Part shown: piece after piece, positions 41,101 through 55,600 of the stretch
How the letters are laid out: every line of letters starts with the position of its first letter
Numbering within the stretch: the stretch's first letter is position 1
Assembly (NCBI GenBank): GCA_000165425.1
Contig: CT868041.1
Location: forward strand, 372,001 to 436,000
From: Paramecium tetraurelia
Taxonomy: Eukaryota
DNA: 64,000 nt
Direction: 5' to 3'
Made by a program: the position numbers and the translations under genes
Notes under the pieces: generated by a model
What the model saw: the letters and a program-made list of their open reading frames with translations, nothing else
Databases searched by the model: none
Told to the model about the DNA's origin: nothing

Positions 41101-44100
41101 TATTCTTAATTGTAGAGTAACTTTTTAATTTTAGCCTCAACCTAGGCAATCACTAAACTCTTGTCATGAACAATCGAAAGCACTAATTTAGTCAAGGGGA
41201 ACATATGATTTTGTGAGTCTCCTTTAATTCTCAACAAATGTTCTAATCCTCTCATTTGTGAGACAAATTTAGAGACATTTTCTTTGTTTACTTCAAATGC
41301 CCTCACTAGGATTTCGATGCAAATTTTTGAAGTTATATGGTTTTGAACTTTGCCTTTTAAGATATTGATCACTCCCAAAAGAATGTCATTTACTGTGTCA
41401 TGATGATTTTTTTTCTTTTTTTGGTCATCAGTTATAAAGAGAGTTAAAATGGCCAAAATGTGATTTATAGCTTTGAGACTTAGATCATCCTATGATTTCA
41501 TTATTTCCTATGCCAACTTCATCAATTCTGTCACAATACTTTCGTATTCTTCAACGAGGTTTTTTTGTTTGAAGATGTAATGCAAAATTGTAATGATGAC
41601 TTTCATATTATCAGTTGAAGGAGGCTTGATTTCAGGTTCGCAATCCTTAAATTTAAGTTGCAATTTGAATTACTCATACACAACTTACTTCAAACACTTT
41701 AATAATGAAGGCATAATCTATCCTTCCAATAGTTAAAAGATGCTTTCTTCGAATTTACTAAAATATAGCATATTTGTCTAGATGTATTGTTTAAGATTCT
41801 TTTATTTATTTTGAATTTGTTGGGTAACGACTTCTAATGAAGGTTCATTCTTTGGAATTTCAACCATTTTGACTCTCTATTCTTCAATCATATCAAAATT
41901 TTCATAGATCCAATCAGTTAGTCTTGTCACATCATAAATATCATTATTTTGAAGTGCTATTGTTATGACATCATCTTGAAAACCCATGTCTCTAAGTTTT
42001 ACTCTTACTTCATTAGGATCTTACTAGAGTATATCAATTTCGCCTCCATTGTCCTCTCTGAAGACTTAATAAGCCTTTTAAAATAGGTTGTCTTTATCTT
42101 TCTAAAGTATTTCTTGTAAGAAGAAGGGACGGAAGATGAAAACTGCTTTATTGAGCAACTATTCTTATATTGCATATATAGGATCATCCGACAAACATTG
42201 AGTTATAGTAAGTAGATTTTATATTTCTTCAATTTGTTTTGGAATCAACAAGTAACCTTACAATTTTTTGCTTTAATCTATTTTGTTAAGATAGATTAAT
42301 TTAATGATGTTTGCATACTGCCAACCCAGTAAATCTATAGATTCTACATTACTCTTCTACCCCACCAATTAAATAAATGAACTTATTCCAGATTTGAGGT
42401 TTTCTAGAAAATCAGAGTTTATTAATAGACTTAAAAAGTCTGGATGCAAATTCTGGAAATCAGCATACTTCCGACCTTCTACTAGGTTATTTAATAGATC
42501 ATTAATTAGATAAGTGTGCAATTAAATAACTTGAATATTTTCATTCCTCAAATTTTCACTTAATTAACAAAACAAATTGCTGAGGGGTTGCAACTCATTA
42601 TTGATTCTTCTTATAACTCTATATGAATTGATTATTATGACCTTTAATAGTTATATGTATGGATAGAAGACAGACTTCTTGAATGTTTGATCTATTTTCT
42701 AATCTTGCCCATGCTTAATGGATCTTACCAATATTAAAAGTAATGAACAACTCTTACTCAATAATTTGCTTATCTCCTATTATTCAGATCTAATTAGACC
42801 ATTCATCAAATAATGCTTTAAGACTTCCATCAGGGACTCAATCTAAGAATAATAAGAAACAAATTCCAATTTCTATTGCAATTAGTCCAAAGGACAATTA
42901 AGAAAGAATTTCTCAGAGCTATAGAATGATTCATCAATAACAATGTTTGAGTTTTCCAGAGTACAACCTAACTTATTCTCCAGTTTTTAAATTGAGACAA
43001 GTACTTTAGACAATGCTTTAAATGGATTATCAAATTCATCTAATTAAGCAAATAATCTAAATACTTTGGTTAAGTCAATTTTAAAATCAAAAGTAGGAAA
43101 TTCAAAGAACAACAATAAATCTTCAAAAAAGCCTTTGGTATTCATTTCAGCCTATTAAGATGGATGCAAATTGTGAATCATCCTCAAAATTAATATGGAT
43201 AAGTTTGACACTTTTGTAATAATCTCATAATATTATTAATATGTGTCCTCTTTCAAATTATTTTTCTTGTTTATCAATTCTTTATGCAGTCTCTCTAATA
43301 CAAAGTTCAATATATTTATAACTTATGGACCAACCTTGTCAATCTTTTGTAGATACTTAGCTATGTTCTAACCTACAGATGTGAGTATTTCTTTAGGAGC
43401 ATTAGTTTAAATTAAACTGCTCTCAAGTATCTGTTGCATGAATTATAAGCCACAATTATTAAATTGATCATATCCTTCTTCCTTGAGTGTAACATTAAAG
43501 TAGAATTAAAATACAGCATTGACCATTTTACTGTTGATTTAAGTTAAATTTAGACCCTGTATGATAGAATTCAATTGTTAGGGTAACTGAGAGTCTATCA
43601 ATCTGCCAATAAGAGTAGGAACCTCATTTGCAAGATGTGAAATCAAAATGAGTGTTTGCTGTATAATAAGCGTGTATTTGTTGTCTTAAAGAAAATTGTA
43701 TAGTTTTTTGATGATCTGAGTTTCTGACACCTTTCTGGCAATTGTAGGTGCATTTGCTCTATTGTATCTCCTCCCAAGGTCGTCTTTGAAATGTTCGTTG
43801 ATGCTCTAAATAGCGAATGAAATGATAGAATCAGTTTCATCGAAGGTAACTTGTTGATATCCTTAATCTGTAGGTTTGATTAGATTAGGTCCGATGGTAA
43901 TAAGGTTGTCAACTACCTTAATTAGATCATTAAATATTTTAAGATCCCTTTGTAGATCTTCTTTTCTGGACAACCTGCCTAACATTCCAATGGCTGCTTT
44001 CAAGATTTCAGGGGGCAATATTAATTTGTTATCTTAAATAAGTAGTGTTTTAACTAGAGCTTGTGATGATCCAAGTGCAATGTTACCACGGCTTAATAAT

Positions 44101-45475
44101 AACACTCCAGATTCAGAAGAGAACAGTTTGAAAATGCCACAAGCAACTTCTTCATCTCTAGCGCATTGTTCATTTAAGAGTTATCCATTGTATTTTAAGG
44201 GGTAACTTGATTCGATTTCAATTTGATGTGGTTGCATCGATAAAACATCGTAAATCAATTATAAGAAGATTTCATCATAATTTTTGGCTGTATTTAATGC
44301 TATTTCATTATCTTACTATTTTTCAGTGATTAGTATTTCATCCAGGGTTGATAAAATGGTAACCAGTAGTCTTGGTTACACAGTCTTCAATTAAAATAAT
44401 TTGGTATAGATGCTGAAATATTGTTCATATTCAATTTTTTCCACAAATACTTAATCCAACAAGAAAGCACAGTCGTGAGTTGAACAGAAAGCATCGAGCA
44501 ACATATTCATCTCAAGGGATAGAATATGCATACCTAAAACCAATGTATTAGTATCAATTTTATTCTATGCCAAACCTCTGTAAATCAGAATACGATATTT
44601 TACTGCTTCTACTAAGGGATTTAAAGGCATGTCTTATTATCCTAATGTTTTTTTGGCCAAAAGAAGGGCAGATGTGGAATTGTCATCGTAAATGCTAAAG
44701 TTCTATTAAATACTTAATAAGCAAAATATACTTTGATTGATGTTTAATGCTATAATTCTTTCTTGTGAACACCATTTTTACATAAATCTGCATAAGGCTC
44801 ATCTAAAATAGTCGGTTCTATATATTCAAAATGTAGTTATGGGAATTAAATGGGTTTATCTGTAATAGATAAATAATTTGGATCTTCATGATAGTAATCA
44901 ATCAGTTCAAGTTTAGTTGATGAAAGTGTATTATTATGATCAAAGAGGAATCTATTTAGGTAAATCAATCTAGGGATATTATCTCGTAATTATTAATTGC
45001 AGGTTTCTTTCTATTAAGGATTATTTAGATTTATCGCTTAATCACAAATTTTGATCAGAATGTTCATAATTGTCTCATAATTTTACAAGTTATCCGTATG
45101 CTCCACTATGCTTAATAGATGTTCTAATGAATTAAACAACTTTCTATTAATATTTTTTTAAATTATTACCTATAACACTCATACTCCATTAAACTATTAA
45201 TGAGGTTTAACAACTACGAACAATCATGCCTAGAGTTCTATTACACTTGCTAGGCCATATTCTCTATATAGTCATCTAATTTATCCATTAGTAAAGTCAA
45301 TGATCCCAAGGATAATTTGTGGATAACATTACTCTTGTCATTCACTAATTAAAGCAACTCTTCCAAGAAGTTGGGACTTGCTAAGATGGAGGCCAAGATC
45401 TAAATTTAAGCTGAAAGAATTTACGCGTCGGTCGATTTCTTTAGGCTGCTCTAGAGTATTAAGAGGTATTTTCAT
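35170..45475 (-). CDS. HUWE1: HUWE1/Tom1/UPL1-type HECT E3 ubiquitin ligase (~3400 aa)
   Basis: UBA-like LRDMGFQDDVI, acidic region, UBM-like GIDQQFLQSLPPEIRREI, HECT FDGEEGIDAGGVTREWF..LPTSHTC(split by intron)FNQLDLP..EGFGFA. Confidence 0.95.
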
Positions 45476-45493
45476 ATTTAAATTAATATAAAG

Positions 45494-48400
45494 TCAAAGA
45501 TTTTTTACTATGACTTCAACTATCTATTTTAAATTATCTAGAGTATCTGCCATTGATATTTTCTCAAGTTGTATATATTTTAGTAGACAATCTAAACATT
45601 CCTGCCACACTCCTGGCATTTCGTTGGAATTAAAGAACAAACTCAAAACAGCAAATATTACTAAATTCATCCACTTCGTTTGTCTGTCACTATCCTCACT
45701 TAACACCTTGGGCATGTGATCATTTAATATTTTAAAATTTATAACCATAATATCCAAGTTGATCTTATTGCATTCCCAATGACCATCTTGCAATTAAGTT
45801 TGTAATAACTTCTACACCATCTCCTAAGCCTTCTTCTCATTTCTACTCTTCGTGTAATTCGTCATCCCCTTATTCCCCAAGTATCCTCCAATTATCCCTC
45901 CAACAATCCCTCCCACCAAAGGAATTGGAATCAGAGCCTATCCAATTATTGCTCCTGACACCAATGACGTTGAGATGGCCAAAGTCGAAGTAAATGTTCT
46001 CTAAGGAGTGTATATTTCTTGACTGGTCAATAATGCCTAAGCTCCAAAACCTCCCAAATTCAAAAAATCTCTAAGCAAAGGCATATAAACAACCAATTGT
46101 TGCATGCATCCATTATTCACTGCATTTTCACCGAAATTTTTCAAAAATTCTCTATTAATCGATATTTTGTATACTTATTTCTACTAACATTAGCTAAGAA
46201 TGATCCAAACATAGTATCCATCTCTCCTTCAACCTTCCTTCTTTATTAGTACACATCCTCCTAATTTTAATTCAATATCATCAGAGCCAATTACTCATGA
46301 ACCCAATTAGAGTGGACCAATTCCTTCATTGATTTATATTTTACTGGGTATACTCCCCAACCTGATTTTCTATTAGAATCTTTCTTAAAGAATCCATCCT
46401 TATCTTACTAATCAATCACAAAGGTCTTAATAGAAATTCAATAAATTTACCTTCTAAAATGCCCACCTTCTACTGATAAGTGGAGCATATATCACTTTAA
46501 ATTCTTCATTCATTACATAGATGATAAATTTAGATTAAGGATCCTCACTCTCCAAGTATAGTCCATTTAAATAATATCTCGCATCCTTCTGCATCTTAAA
46601 AGATTTAATATCAGTTGATTGAGTACATTGATCTTCATCATCTTCACTTGATTTTTTTTGCAACTTTTGCCTACATTAAATTTTATAGACAGCAATTGAC
46701 TTAGTTTTATTTGTGATACATTATTATAGACAGTCTAATACTTAGTCAACTGTTTGTCTGCTAATAATTTCATTTTGCTATGCTGAATTAGATAGCATTT
46801 TATTTTTCAAGATTAGGGTATCATAATTTTCGATAGCATATTTCATGAATTTTTCAACAACGTCAGGCTCAGCATAATGAAATATTGTAAATTCCAAGAG
46901 GTCTTATATAGTCTAATAGCAATTCTAACTTAATTCTTAAAATAAGGCTAAGATGGTATATTTATTTAATAAAATTTATGGGATATTCTATAATATTTGA
47001 TAAGTAATACTCTTTCTCGAAATTTAGAAATAAATGGTTCTATATAGCCTCTGCATTCTTCTAAAATTAAGCAAATCTAATCGCTAACTTCAAATGATAA
47101 ACTGCATAATAATTGATGTGATTGTTCGAGCAATTGAGAATATAAACTACCAGGAAGTATGTTCATACTAGTGGCTATATATTTTTTAATCAATTCAACA
47201 ATTTTGGGTTGAAAAAGTTAGAGATTAATTTCCCAAATGGTTATTTACAACTCTTCTGCATAATCTATGAAATGATTTTCAAGAAAGTCAACAATTGGTT
47301 TTGAAATATGGCATAATGCAAAAACTAGTAAATTAAGATCCTCAAGAATTTTCTATTAAATGCGCTTTTCCAATTATTATTGCACTTGCAATTGCTAGCA
47401 TTCATTCTCTACATACACACTAATTCTTTTGATTAGATTTTTTTATATAGGCACTCTTTCCTTTTTAATGCTTTAAGTGAATTCTGTAATAGTGAACTGA
47501 AAAGCTCCATTGGTAATGTCAAATATGTGTTTTTGGAGAGGTTTAGGAGGAGCCAATGACTTTCTTTTCGTTGGAGAGTCTAGAAAGAGAGTTTGGTCTT
47601 CGAACTTCAATAAATCGCTTAACCTAAAAGAAGGTTTCATGATCTCATCTTATAACATTATAAATCACTTATTTAATTATTTCAAAATCCATGCTTCCCA
47701 TTCATTTTCATCAATCCCTTCCTCTTCTGCATCTTCAAAAAGAATAGAAACCAAGATCTATCTGCCTGGATGATAAAGGGGCAAGCCTTCCTTCACTTTC
47801 AATGCTAAGTCAAAGAAACGTCTTCTAATTTGGCTTCTCAATTTTTGCGAGTTTGATAAGGCTATCTTAGCCTATTGAGCTTCATGAGTGTTTTCTGAAT
47901 TGTTGCTATCAGTTAAATCGGGCAAGGACTCTTAAAAGTCATACATGGATTATCTGCCATCCTGGTCAACAGAAAACACGCCCAATCCATTTCGATTCAT
48001 TTTCTCTTGTTACAAAAGTGAAAAGTAATTCAAGGTGGCTTTGTGATGAGAGAATCGCTCTAAGAATTCCTCCACTAGATTGAAATAGGTGTTCAATTCC
48101 TTTTATATTATAATAAATAGTTTACCTTCTCTTTTTGCAGAGTGGGGATGTTGTTCTCTATTTCTAGTTGACTCTGATCTATCTGGTATTAGGCTATGAT
48201 ATCATCATATTCAAGTTGAATTTCTTGAACATCTGACTTGATTTTAATCTTGACTTATTTTGCATTCTCATTTTACAGCATCACTTGGTATTTTTTAAGT
48301 AAACCTAATACTTTAGTTTTCAACTGCTGCATTTCTTATATTAAATCAAACTTGGATTCCTCCTCCTATGCTATTATTTATGTAGGATTGAGGGATTGTA

Positions 48401-48536
48401 ACATCTCATTGAGGTCTTGTTCTTGTCCTTGGGGACTGCCTAGTATTTTGCTGCCACCCACTCTTGAAGATTGGAGGGAAGAAGGTTTGGATGAGCTGCC
48501 TTTAGAATGGAAATGGGGATTATTGAAAACTTTCAT
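45494..48536 (-). CDS. Hypothetical ~1000-aa protein with glycine-zipper segment near the C-terminus
   Basis: GAIIGQALIPIPLVGGIVGGIIGGYLG followed by QLQDGHWE..WMNLVIFAVL..VWQE. Confidence 0.7.
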
Positions 48537-48612
48537 TCTCTACAAAAACGAAAATAATAAAAGTGAGTTTGAATATGCTAATATAAATTATTTTAATTAT
48601 AAAAAGTAATCA

Positions 48613-50088
48613 ATGGGAGAATGCACTTCCAAGGTCTAGACAGAAAACATCGCAAATGAATTGGATTTTAATCGCTATTCAACATACTAGAAACTAGAGA
48701 CATTGGCCAATGATTTCGCTTAGAGTAAGTATTGAAATAACTGTAGACGAAAAAATTGACACTACTTATAATTCATTAATTCAAAGGATCATTGCAGCCA
48801 AACAAGAACACATATTGAAACTACTTAGTGTGATGAATACTCAAGAAAAAAAGGAATTTATGGCTAAAATAGAATGGATGGATTTTGAGACAGTGGATTC
48901 AGTATCTATAATAACCCTATACCTTAGTTGTTTTATCATTGTTGCAAACAGAATCACATGGATATATTCAAAGGATCAGTTAAATTTTGTAACAACCTGC
49001 TGGAGAAGGACCTCAATCTAATTAAGGTAAATATACCTAAAAGAGACTTAGCAACGTAAAGTTGGCTTGGTGTTATTATGTGGTGGTAACAGTTCTCGAT
49101 TGCCTAATAAAATCCTTAACGATATTGGATTTCCATCCAAAAAATGCATTTTTTAAATTATGATGGAACGGTTAAAAAAGATTATCATTATGGGTACTCT
49201 CTAAAATTTATAAACAATAAGCTCAAGAGGCTGCAGATTTCAGCGGTTTCCCCATAGGGATATTGGTTTCCGATTAAAATGCAACAGCCTTTTAACAGTA
49301 TATAAAAAGCAAAAAGGAATTCGGGTTTCCTTAAATTCATATAATGCAGCAAAAGTCACTTCCAGTCATCAACAAACATGGATAAGTGATGTTTGAATCC
49401 AATTTGCCTGTTCAAGCCCCAAATGGAGCAGGAAGCATCTTCTTATAATTGTCAACATTTTAAAAGTAATATGATTTAGTTTAAAATTAGGAAATTTCCA
49501 AGTATGCAATATATTCATTTGCTGGGATTTGACAACTTAGCAGGCCTCCCTTTGGACCCTATCGTCTTGAATCTCATGAATTAAACTCAGACAGATGTGA
49601 TTTGCAAAGTAATCGAAACTAACTCAACTTAAGACGATAGATTATTTTATTAGAATGGTTATTTTAAAACGATGGAAACCCAGGATTCAAGTATGACAGA
49701 GAATCCTGAAAACTTAGCAAAGATGTGTTTAAATGACATGTATGTATCTGTTGCTTTTCTCAACAATTTAAAATCGAATCACGAAAAGTCAATGAAGTTT
49801 TCTTAAAGATATCATGTCATCAGAAGGGGACCAACTATTTAATTTGAAAAACATATCCAAGACATAATAGAAATAGCCAACTCCACAATCTTATATTAGA
49901 CTGAAGATTATGCACTTTTGGTGGATGACCCAAAAAAGGCTGTGATCTAACTCTCCAATGTCCACAAAAGATACTTGCAGCTCGAAGGAACTTAAGATAA
50001 TGAACTAGTTGAAATCACACCATATATGAGCTACAGTGGCGAAGACCTCAGAAAGCAAGAAAATATCATATTCCCTCTGATTATATGA
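48613..50088 (+). CDS. Divergent UDP-N-acetylglucosamine pyrophosphorylase (UAP1)-like protein with predicted N-acylation
   Basis: QEHIL, KVGLVLLCGGNSSRL, DIGFPSKKCIFQI, APNGAG, FDNL..LDP, VEITPYMSYSGEDL; starts MGECTSK; five tiny introns. Confidence 0.8.
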
Positions 50089-50094
50089 TATAAA

Positions 50095-51092
50095 TCATAT
50101 TGTTAAGTATAGACATCTACCGATTTTGACTTTGTCCTTAATGACCTCTTCTAACTCCTTTGCCATATACTACTTGATAGTCTTTGGTTCATCTTCATTC
50201 AAGAAGTACTCCTAATGTTCAAACACATTATCGGAATAATAATTTTGAAGTTTGCCCTTAACAATGAAGTTCTACTACTGAGCAGTCTTAGATCCAAACT
50301 CCTTTTCGACTTCTTTTCTTATTTAATCAACAACGTCTGAGGATACCTCATGTTAATAAAGGAATCTGGGTTTCAAACCTAAATAAGTGACTGCCAAATT
50401 ATTGGCTCCTTCTCTTAGGATTTATGTCTTTACATCAGTTAATTCTGATTCGGTGATTAATTCAACAACACTCCCTCCCAACCCACATATTGTATTCTTT
50501 AAACAATTATGTTGATACACTCCAAAAACACCTTAGGATATTGGTAAGTTAATATACTATTTTTAGTTGCCACAAATGCATTCAAATTACCAATGACTAT
50601 GTTCTCTTACAATTTCCCTACTAATTATTTACGCTTATCATCTATGCTAGTCTCAAAGTAGGCTTAGTTCTAGCTTTAACTCAGAACAGAGTCAATATTA
50701 GAACTACTGAAATCTTATTCTTGATTAACAATTGTTTTAATAAAATTTGTCGAAAATTCTAAAAATTCACTAGTTCTGGCTACAAAGTCTGTTTCGCAAT
50801 TTATCTAGACTAATAGGAAATGCACTGATACTTCAGCAAGGGCGGCTACTTTGTTATTAGTGTATGCCACTATAACTCCCTGTTTAGTTTGATTACCCAT
50901 TTTCTTCTCTGCTTGAGCCAATCCTCTCTCTTTCAGATATTAAATGGCCTTCTCAAAATTGCCGTCTGTGGATTCTAAGGCCTTCTTACAATCGTTGATG
51001 GGGGAGCCTGCTTATTTTTGAAATTTACCTGATGCTTCTCTCAATTGCTTTATGAGTGTGATGGATATATTGGTGTATATTTTTCTGAACAT
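50095..51092 (-). CDS. TSFM: Mitochondrial elongation factor Ts
   Basis: [40 protein letters not shown]. Confidence 0.92.
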
Positions 51093-51103
51093 TATTAATA
51101 AAA

Positions 51104-52587
51104 ATGAATTATCAACTAACACAATCTTAGTATGCTGTTCAACAATACTCTACAGAGATCAGAAATCAGGATAGGTTTGATTTTATAGATAACTTTTAGG
51201 GAATCAAGAATCAACTCTCTGAGAGATAGGCAAAGACAAAGAAATCAACAGACATAGGAGGCGGTCACTTACGATTTTAGATAATTCGATAATCTAATCA
51301 AATAGTTTTAGGACATTACTTTGGCTGATGAATTGAGGTTTGAATTATTAAAACCTGCTATTCACTTTACAGATGATGGTACTTCATAAAATAATTTTAG
51401 ATGATAATTCGCATTATGCAATCAAAAAGGTGGTGGAAGCAGATGACGTTGTTTATCTACTAAAGGAAACAGTTTATAACGAAAACATCTCTCTTGAATA
51501 CAGATCTGATACTTTATTGTTGTTGGCTCAAATGATGTATAGTAATTATGAACTCTGTTCTGAGCTATTGAAATAGGGAATTTTGTAGTTGCTAATAGAT
51601 TTGGTTAAGATTTCCTTTTATCATGGAAACCTGATTTTTCTTAGTCACTCATTGTTGGGTTTAGCTAATTCTATTACTCATGAATCAAAGATAAGAACCA
51701 TCTATATAGAAAATTAATTAGATTAATTGATTTTGCAAATACTCTAGAAGTATGATGATGCGAACATCAAAAAGAGTGTCGCTAGAATTATGAACGATTG
51801 GTTTAGAAGTAAGCTGGAATCTATTGATATTGATCTCTTTTCCTAAATTATGAATTACGTCCTCATAATTCCTTCCTAAGACAACAGTGAGTATAAGGAG
51901 AACTTGATTTGGTTTGTGTATGGCTTTATCAGTCAAGTATTGGATTAAGTCAAAGACATGAGCGATCAATTCATCTAATCATTGATGTCTCTACCTAATT
52001 TGACCAGTTTCCTAAGACAAAAGCTATGCGACAAGGAACAACTTGGAATTGTGGCAGGAATTCGAACAATCACCAAAATATTTAGAAAGGTAACTGATCA
52101 AAGTGTGTTGTATGATATATTCTATGATGATCTTCGTATTCTGTTTAGAAATGGATAGTTATATGAAGTGAACTTAGCCAAAATAGAAATATTGAAACTC
52201 ATGTAGGTCATGCACTAACATCCTAAATGCTCAATATTTGCTTAGGAGTTTAATTCAACACAACATTACTATTTCTACAATTTAAAATGCTAAGAATTTA
52301 CACTATTGGGTTTGGAGGTATGCAACATAGAAAATTTTGATCCTCAACAATTGTCTATTCTACTCAACCTTTGTAAAAATATATTGATGACTGATATGAT
52401 TGATTCTACCAAGTTGTCAGCTGCACTCACAATTATACAAAAAATACTTGATTTCGATAATAGCTACTATCTAAAAATATAAGATTGTATTATTATTATT
52501 GAAAAATTGCAAGACAATAAAAATACTTAAATAATGACATCTGCATCTAATTTAATTGAAAATTATAAAATGCTTTTTAAATAATGA
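51104..52587 (+). CDS. ARM-repeat / importin-alpha-like helical protein
   Basis: Basic N-terminal [15 protein letters not shown], leucine-rich helical repeats, C-terminal [23 protein letters not shown]. Confidence 0.6.
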
Positions 52588-52618
52588 AGTAAAAATCAAA
52601 AATATATAAATTTTTATT

Positions 52619-55600
52619 ATGAAAATTAATAAATTTGCATGCTTTCATTGTCATCAAAGTCTTAATCAGAATCACATTGATAGGCGGTTTAAGAAATCCA
52701 ATCATGAAGAAGCCAAGTAAATTCATAATTTATGATATAGACCCCAAATCATAATCGATTATTAGATTGAAAATCAAATTAATAGTCATAATCAAAACTC
52801 AGAAGCAATTTATACAAATAATAACACACATTCAACTAATTATCAATACTCCAGTTCTTAATTAGCTATTTTTAATGATTAATTATTAGTTGCGTAAAAA
52901 GATTCCATTTTATTCTATGATTGTATTTTCGATTAATTCTCTCCAGAAAACCTTTCGCATTATTTTCCTTATCAACAATTAACACTGCATCATGGAAATA
53001 TTGTCTCCTTACACAATATAAGGAATTAATTAATAGTAAGGACGGAAAAGACTATTTTAATTTTCTAAACTAATTAGTAAAATGTATATCACAAATTCAA
53101 TTTTAGTTTATATTATAAAAAGCATTTGCTTATGCGAATATTTTATCATTAAATTTTGAGATCAACAAGTTATTTCTATGTTTAGAAGATTAGCTTGTCC
53201 TTATTGATTTGATATCATATTAAAACTCTGTAATCCTCAGGGATACATAAATTTAAGCAGGATTTTATGCAGACAATCATTACTATTACATTACAAAGAA
53301 CTCAAAAACCTTAAAAAGCTCACTTAAGGAATTTAACCTAAATGTAAATATCAATTTATTTATTAACTCAATCTATATTATTAATAACTTGTTATGCATT
53401 TGTGGGTATCAATCCAAATGCTAAGACAAAATATCTTATTGTGCTGAAATCATATGGTATAACTTGGCATCAAAAGATTTCAATTAATAAATTGACAATT
53501 TAAAAATTGATCTAATAAATGATACAATCATTAATGGTGATTTTGGAATGTAACTTATGGGTGATCTGTGTATTCTCTATGGAACTAATTTGAGTACATT
53601 AACATTCTGGAATTTGGAATACTTAAATTATGATAATAATAAAGAAAACAAAGTGGAGATGCTTAACACTTAAGGAATAAGAGGTTTAGCCTTAGTGAAT
53701 AAAGATTAATATCATACAATTAAAAAAAGTTAAGAATCATTTAGTAGTACTGATGAATATCCCATAATAATAATTATTGATGATTAGGGATTTTTAAATG
53801 CTTATGAATTTACAAATCAATAAGAGTTTTCAGATGGGCTATCAAGGTAATCAGAAACACAATGGGGAAGACCATTATATACTGATTATTCTAACTAATA
53901 TGGTGATATTTAATATACAATTATACAAAATGATCCAAGAGAAGTGATGAATTTAGCAAATCCTCCTTTTAATTTTTAATTAGTCACTAAAGTTGATGAT
54001 TCATAAATAGTTTTTGGAAGTGGTAAAATTGATCATATCTTTCATCTTCATTAAAATTGGATTTCTTCTGCCAATCTAGCTATAAATTATAAGCATTTCT
54101 AAGTAATAGGACATGAAAGAGAAATCTTAATTCTGAATCCATTAGTTATTGAATAGATTCTACTTGATTTGCCACATAATTGCTAAACGAATTAAATTAC
54201 ATCTCACCCTTGTGAACTCATTTATGGTTTGTATTCATTTTAAGAATAAATACTTATCTAAACGAATTCATCTCTTTATTTATGCAATTATCACAATGAC
54301 TAATGGAAAACAAAAAAGATTTTAAACCAAAATTCAATAAAAAGAGTCTCAATTGTAGATGATTACATTTTACTCAAAATTAAAACTTATACTGATCAAT
54401 TTGTATTGTATGAGTACAAAAATGATGTGTTATAGTAACTCACAACTCATAGCAATGATGCAAGTTGTATATTCAAATTGAATAATCAAATAGCACTACT
54501 TTAAATATTAGATAATCAATTATATATTTTACAAGATCTTGAGAACAAAGAATAGATCACTATAGATATAGATATTGTTTATTCAAAAGAATATTATATC
54601 AAATAAATACATGAAAACCATCTTTACTTATCCTTTGCTACTTTAGATTAAAATTAATTCGAACATTACATTTTGTATTATGATCCATAAAGAAAATCAG
54701 CTAAACAAGAGAAACATCTTGAAGACCTATTGTAAAATGTGAGATACAATCATTTACTAACTAAAATCACAGAATCCGATTGGAATATAACTACTATATT
54801 AACTCCAGATGCTAAGTTTATTGTGATTATTCCAAATGGAATCTAGGATGGATTTGTGTTGTAAGTGTGTGGTTAGGATCTGAGAACAATAGATGATCAA
54901 GAGGGATATCCCATTCATCTTCCTTCGTTTTCTCATATCGTCAAAGGAGTATCAGTTTTAAATTATGTTTTACCCCTTGAAGAGAATCTGAGTTCAACAC
55001 CTGGACTTTATAAAGTGAGAAAAGATAACAAGGAATTTCATTATTAATGCCAACCTTCCATTTTGATTTATGAATTTGATGAGAAGGGTTCATTAACAAT
55101 TCATAGATTTTTAATAATCAAACTTAAGTTCTAAGGAGGATAACTCCCAATTTTGAATGTGCAATTCGATAGTCGATAATCAGATCAAAACTAAAATACT
55201 CTTAAAATATCTCGTACAGAATCTCTTGTATCTTTACAGCCACCCCCATCTCCATCTGTTAAGTGTCAAGATATTCCATCTCAGGCTGCTTTGATTACGC
55301 AGTAATTATTAGACTTATGTTAGCAATCAATCCTACAATTTCATCAAACTTATGATTATCTTAAATTCAATCCATACCTTCCAATTTTTACCTCATAATA
55401 CATTTTTGATGATTTATATTCTAAATATTATTAGATATCGAATGATAAATGGATACATCTTACAAAATTGAAAGATAAATCAGTAATCCATCAATATTTG
55501 ACTTTGAAAAATTCAGTCCATATCCCAAAAGTAGAACTTGAGCATTCTATTATTGAAGATAAGCTTAAATAACTAAAATTGCTTTAGTTTCATTTTTCGA

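Noticed and set aside
8990..45475. Apparent proteostasis cluster (GRP170, NEMF, MLF, HUWE1)
   Set aside because: Interspersed with unrelated genes on both strands; no evidence of co-regulation
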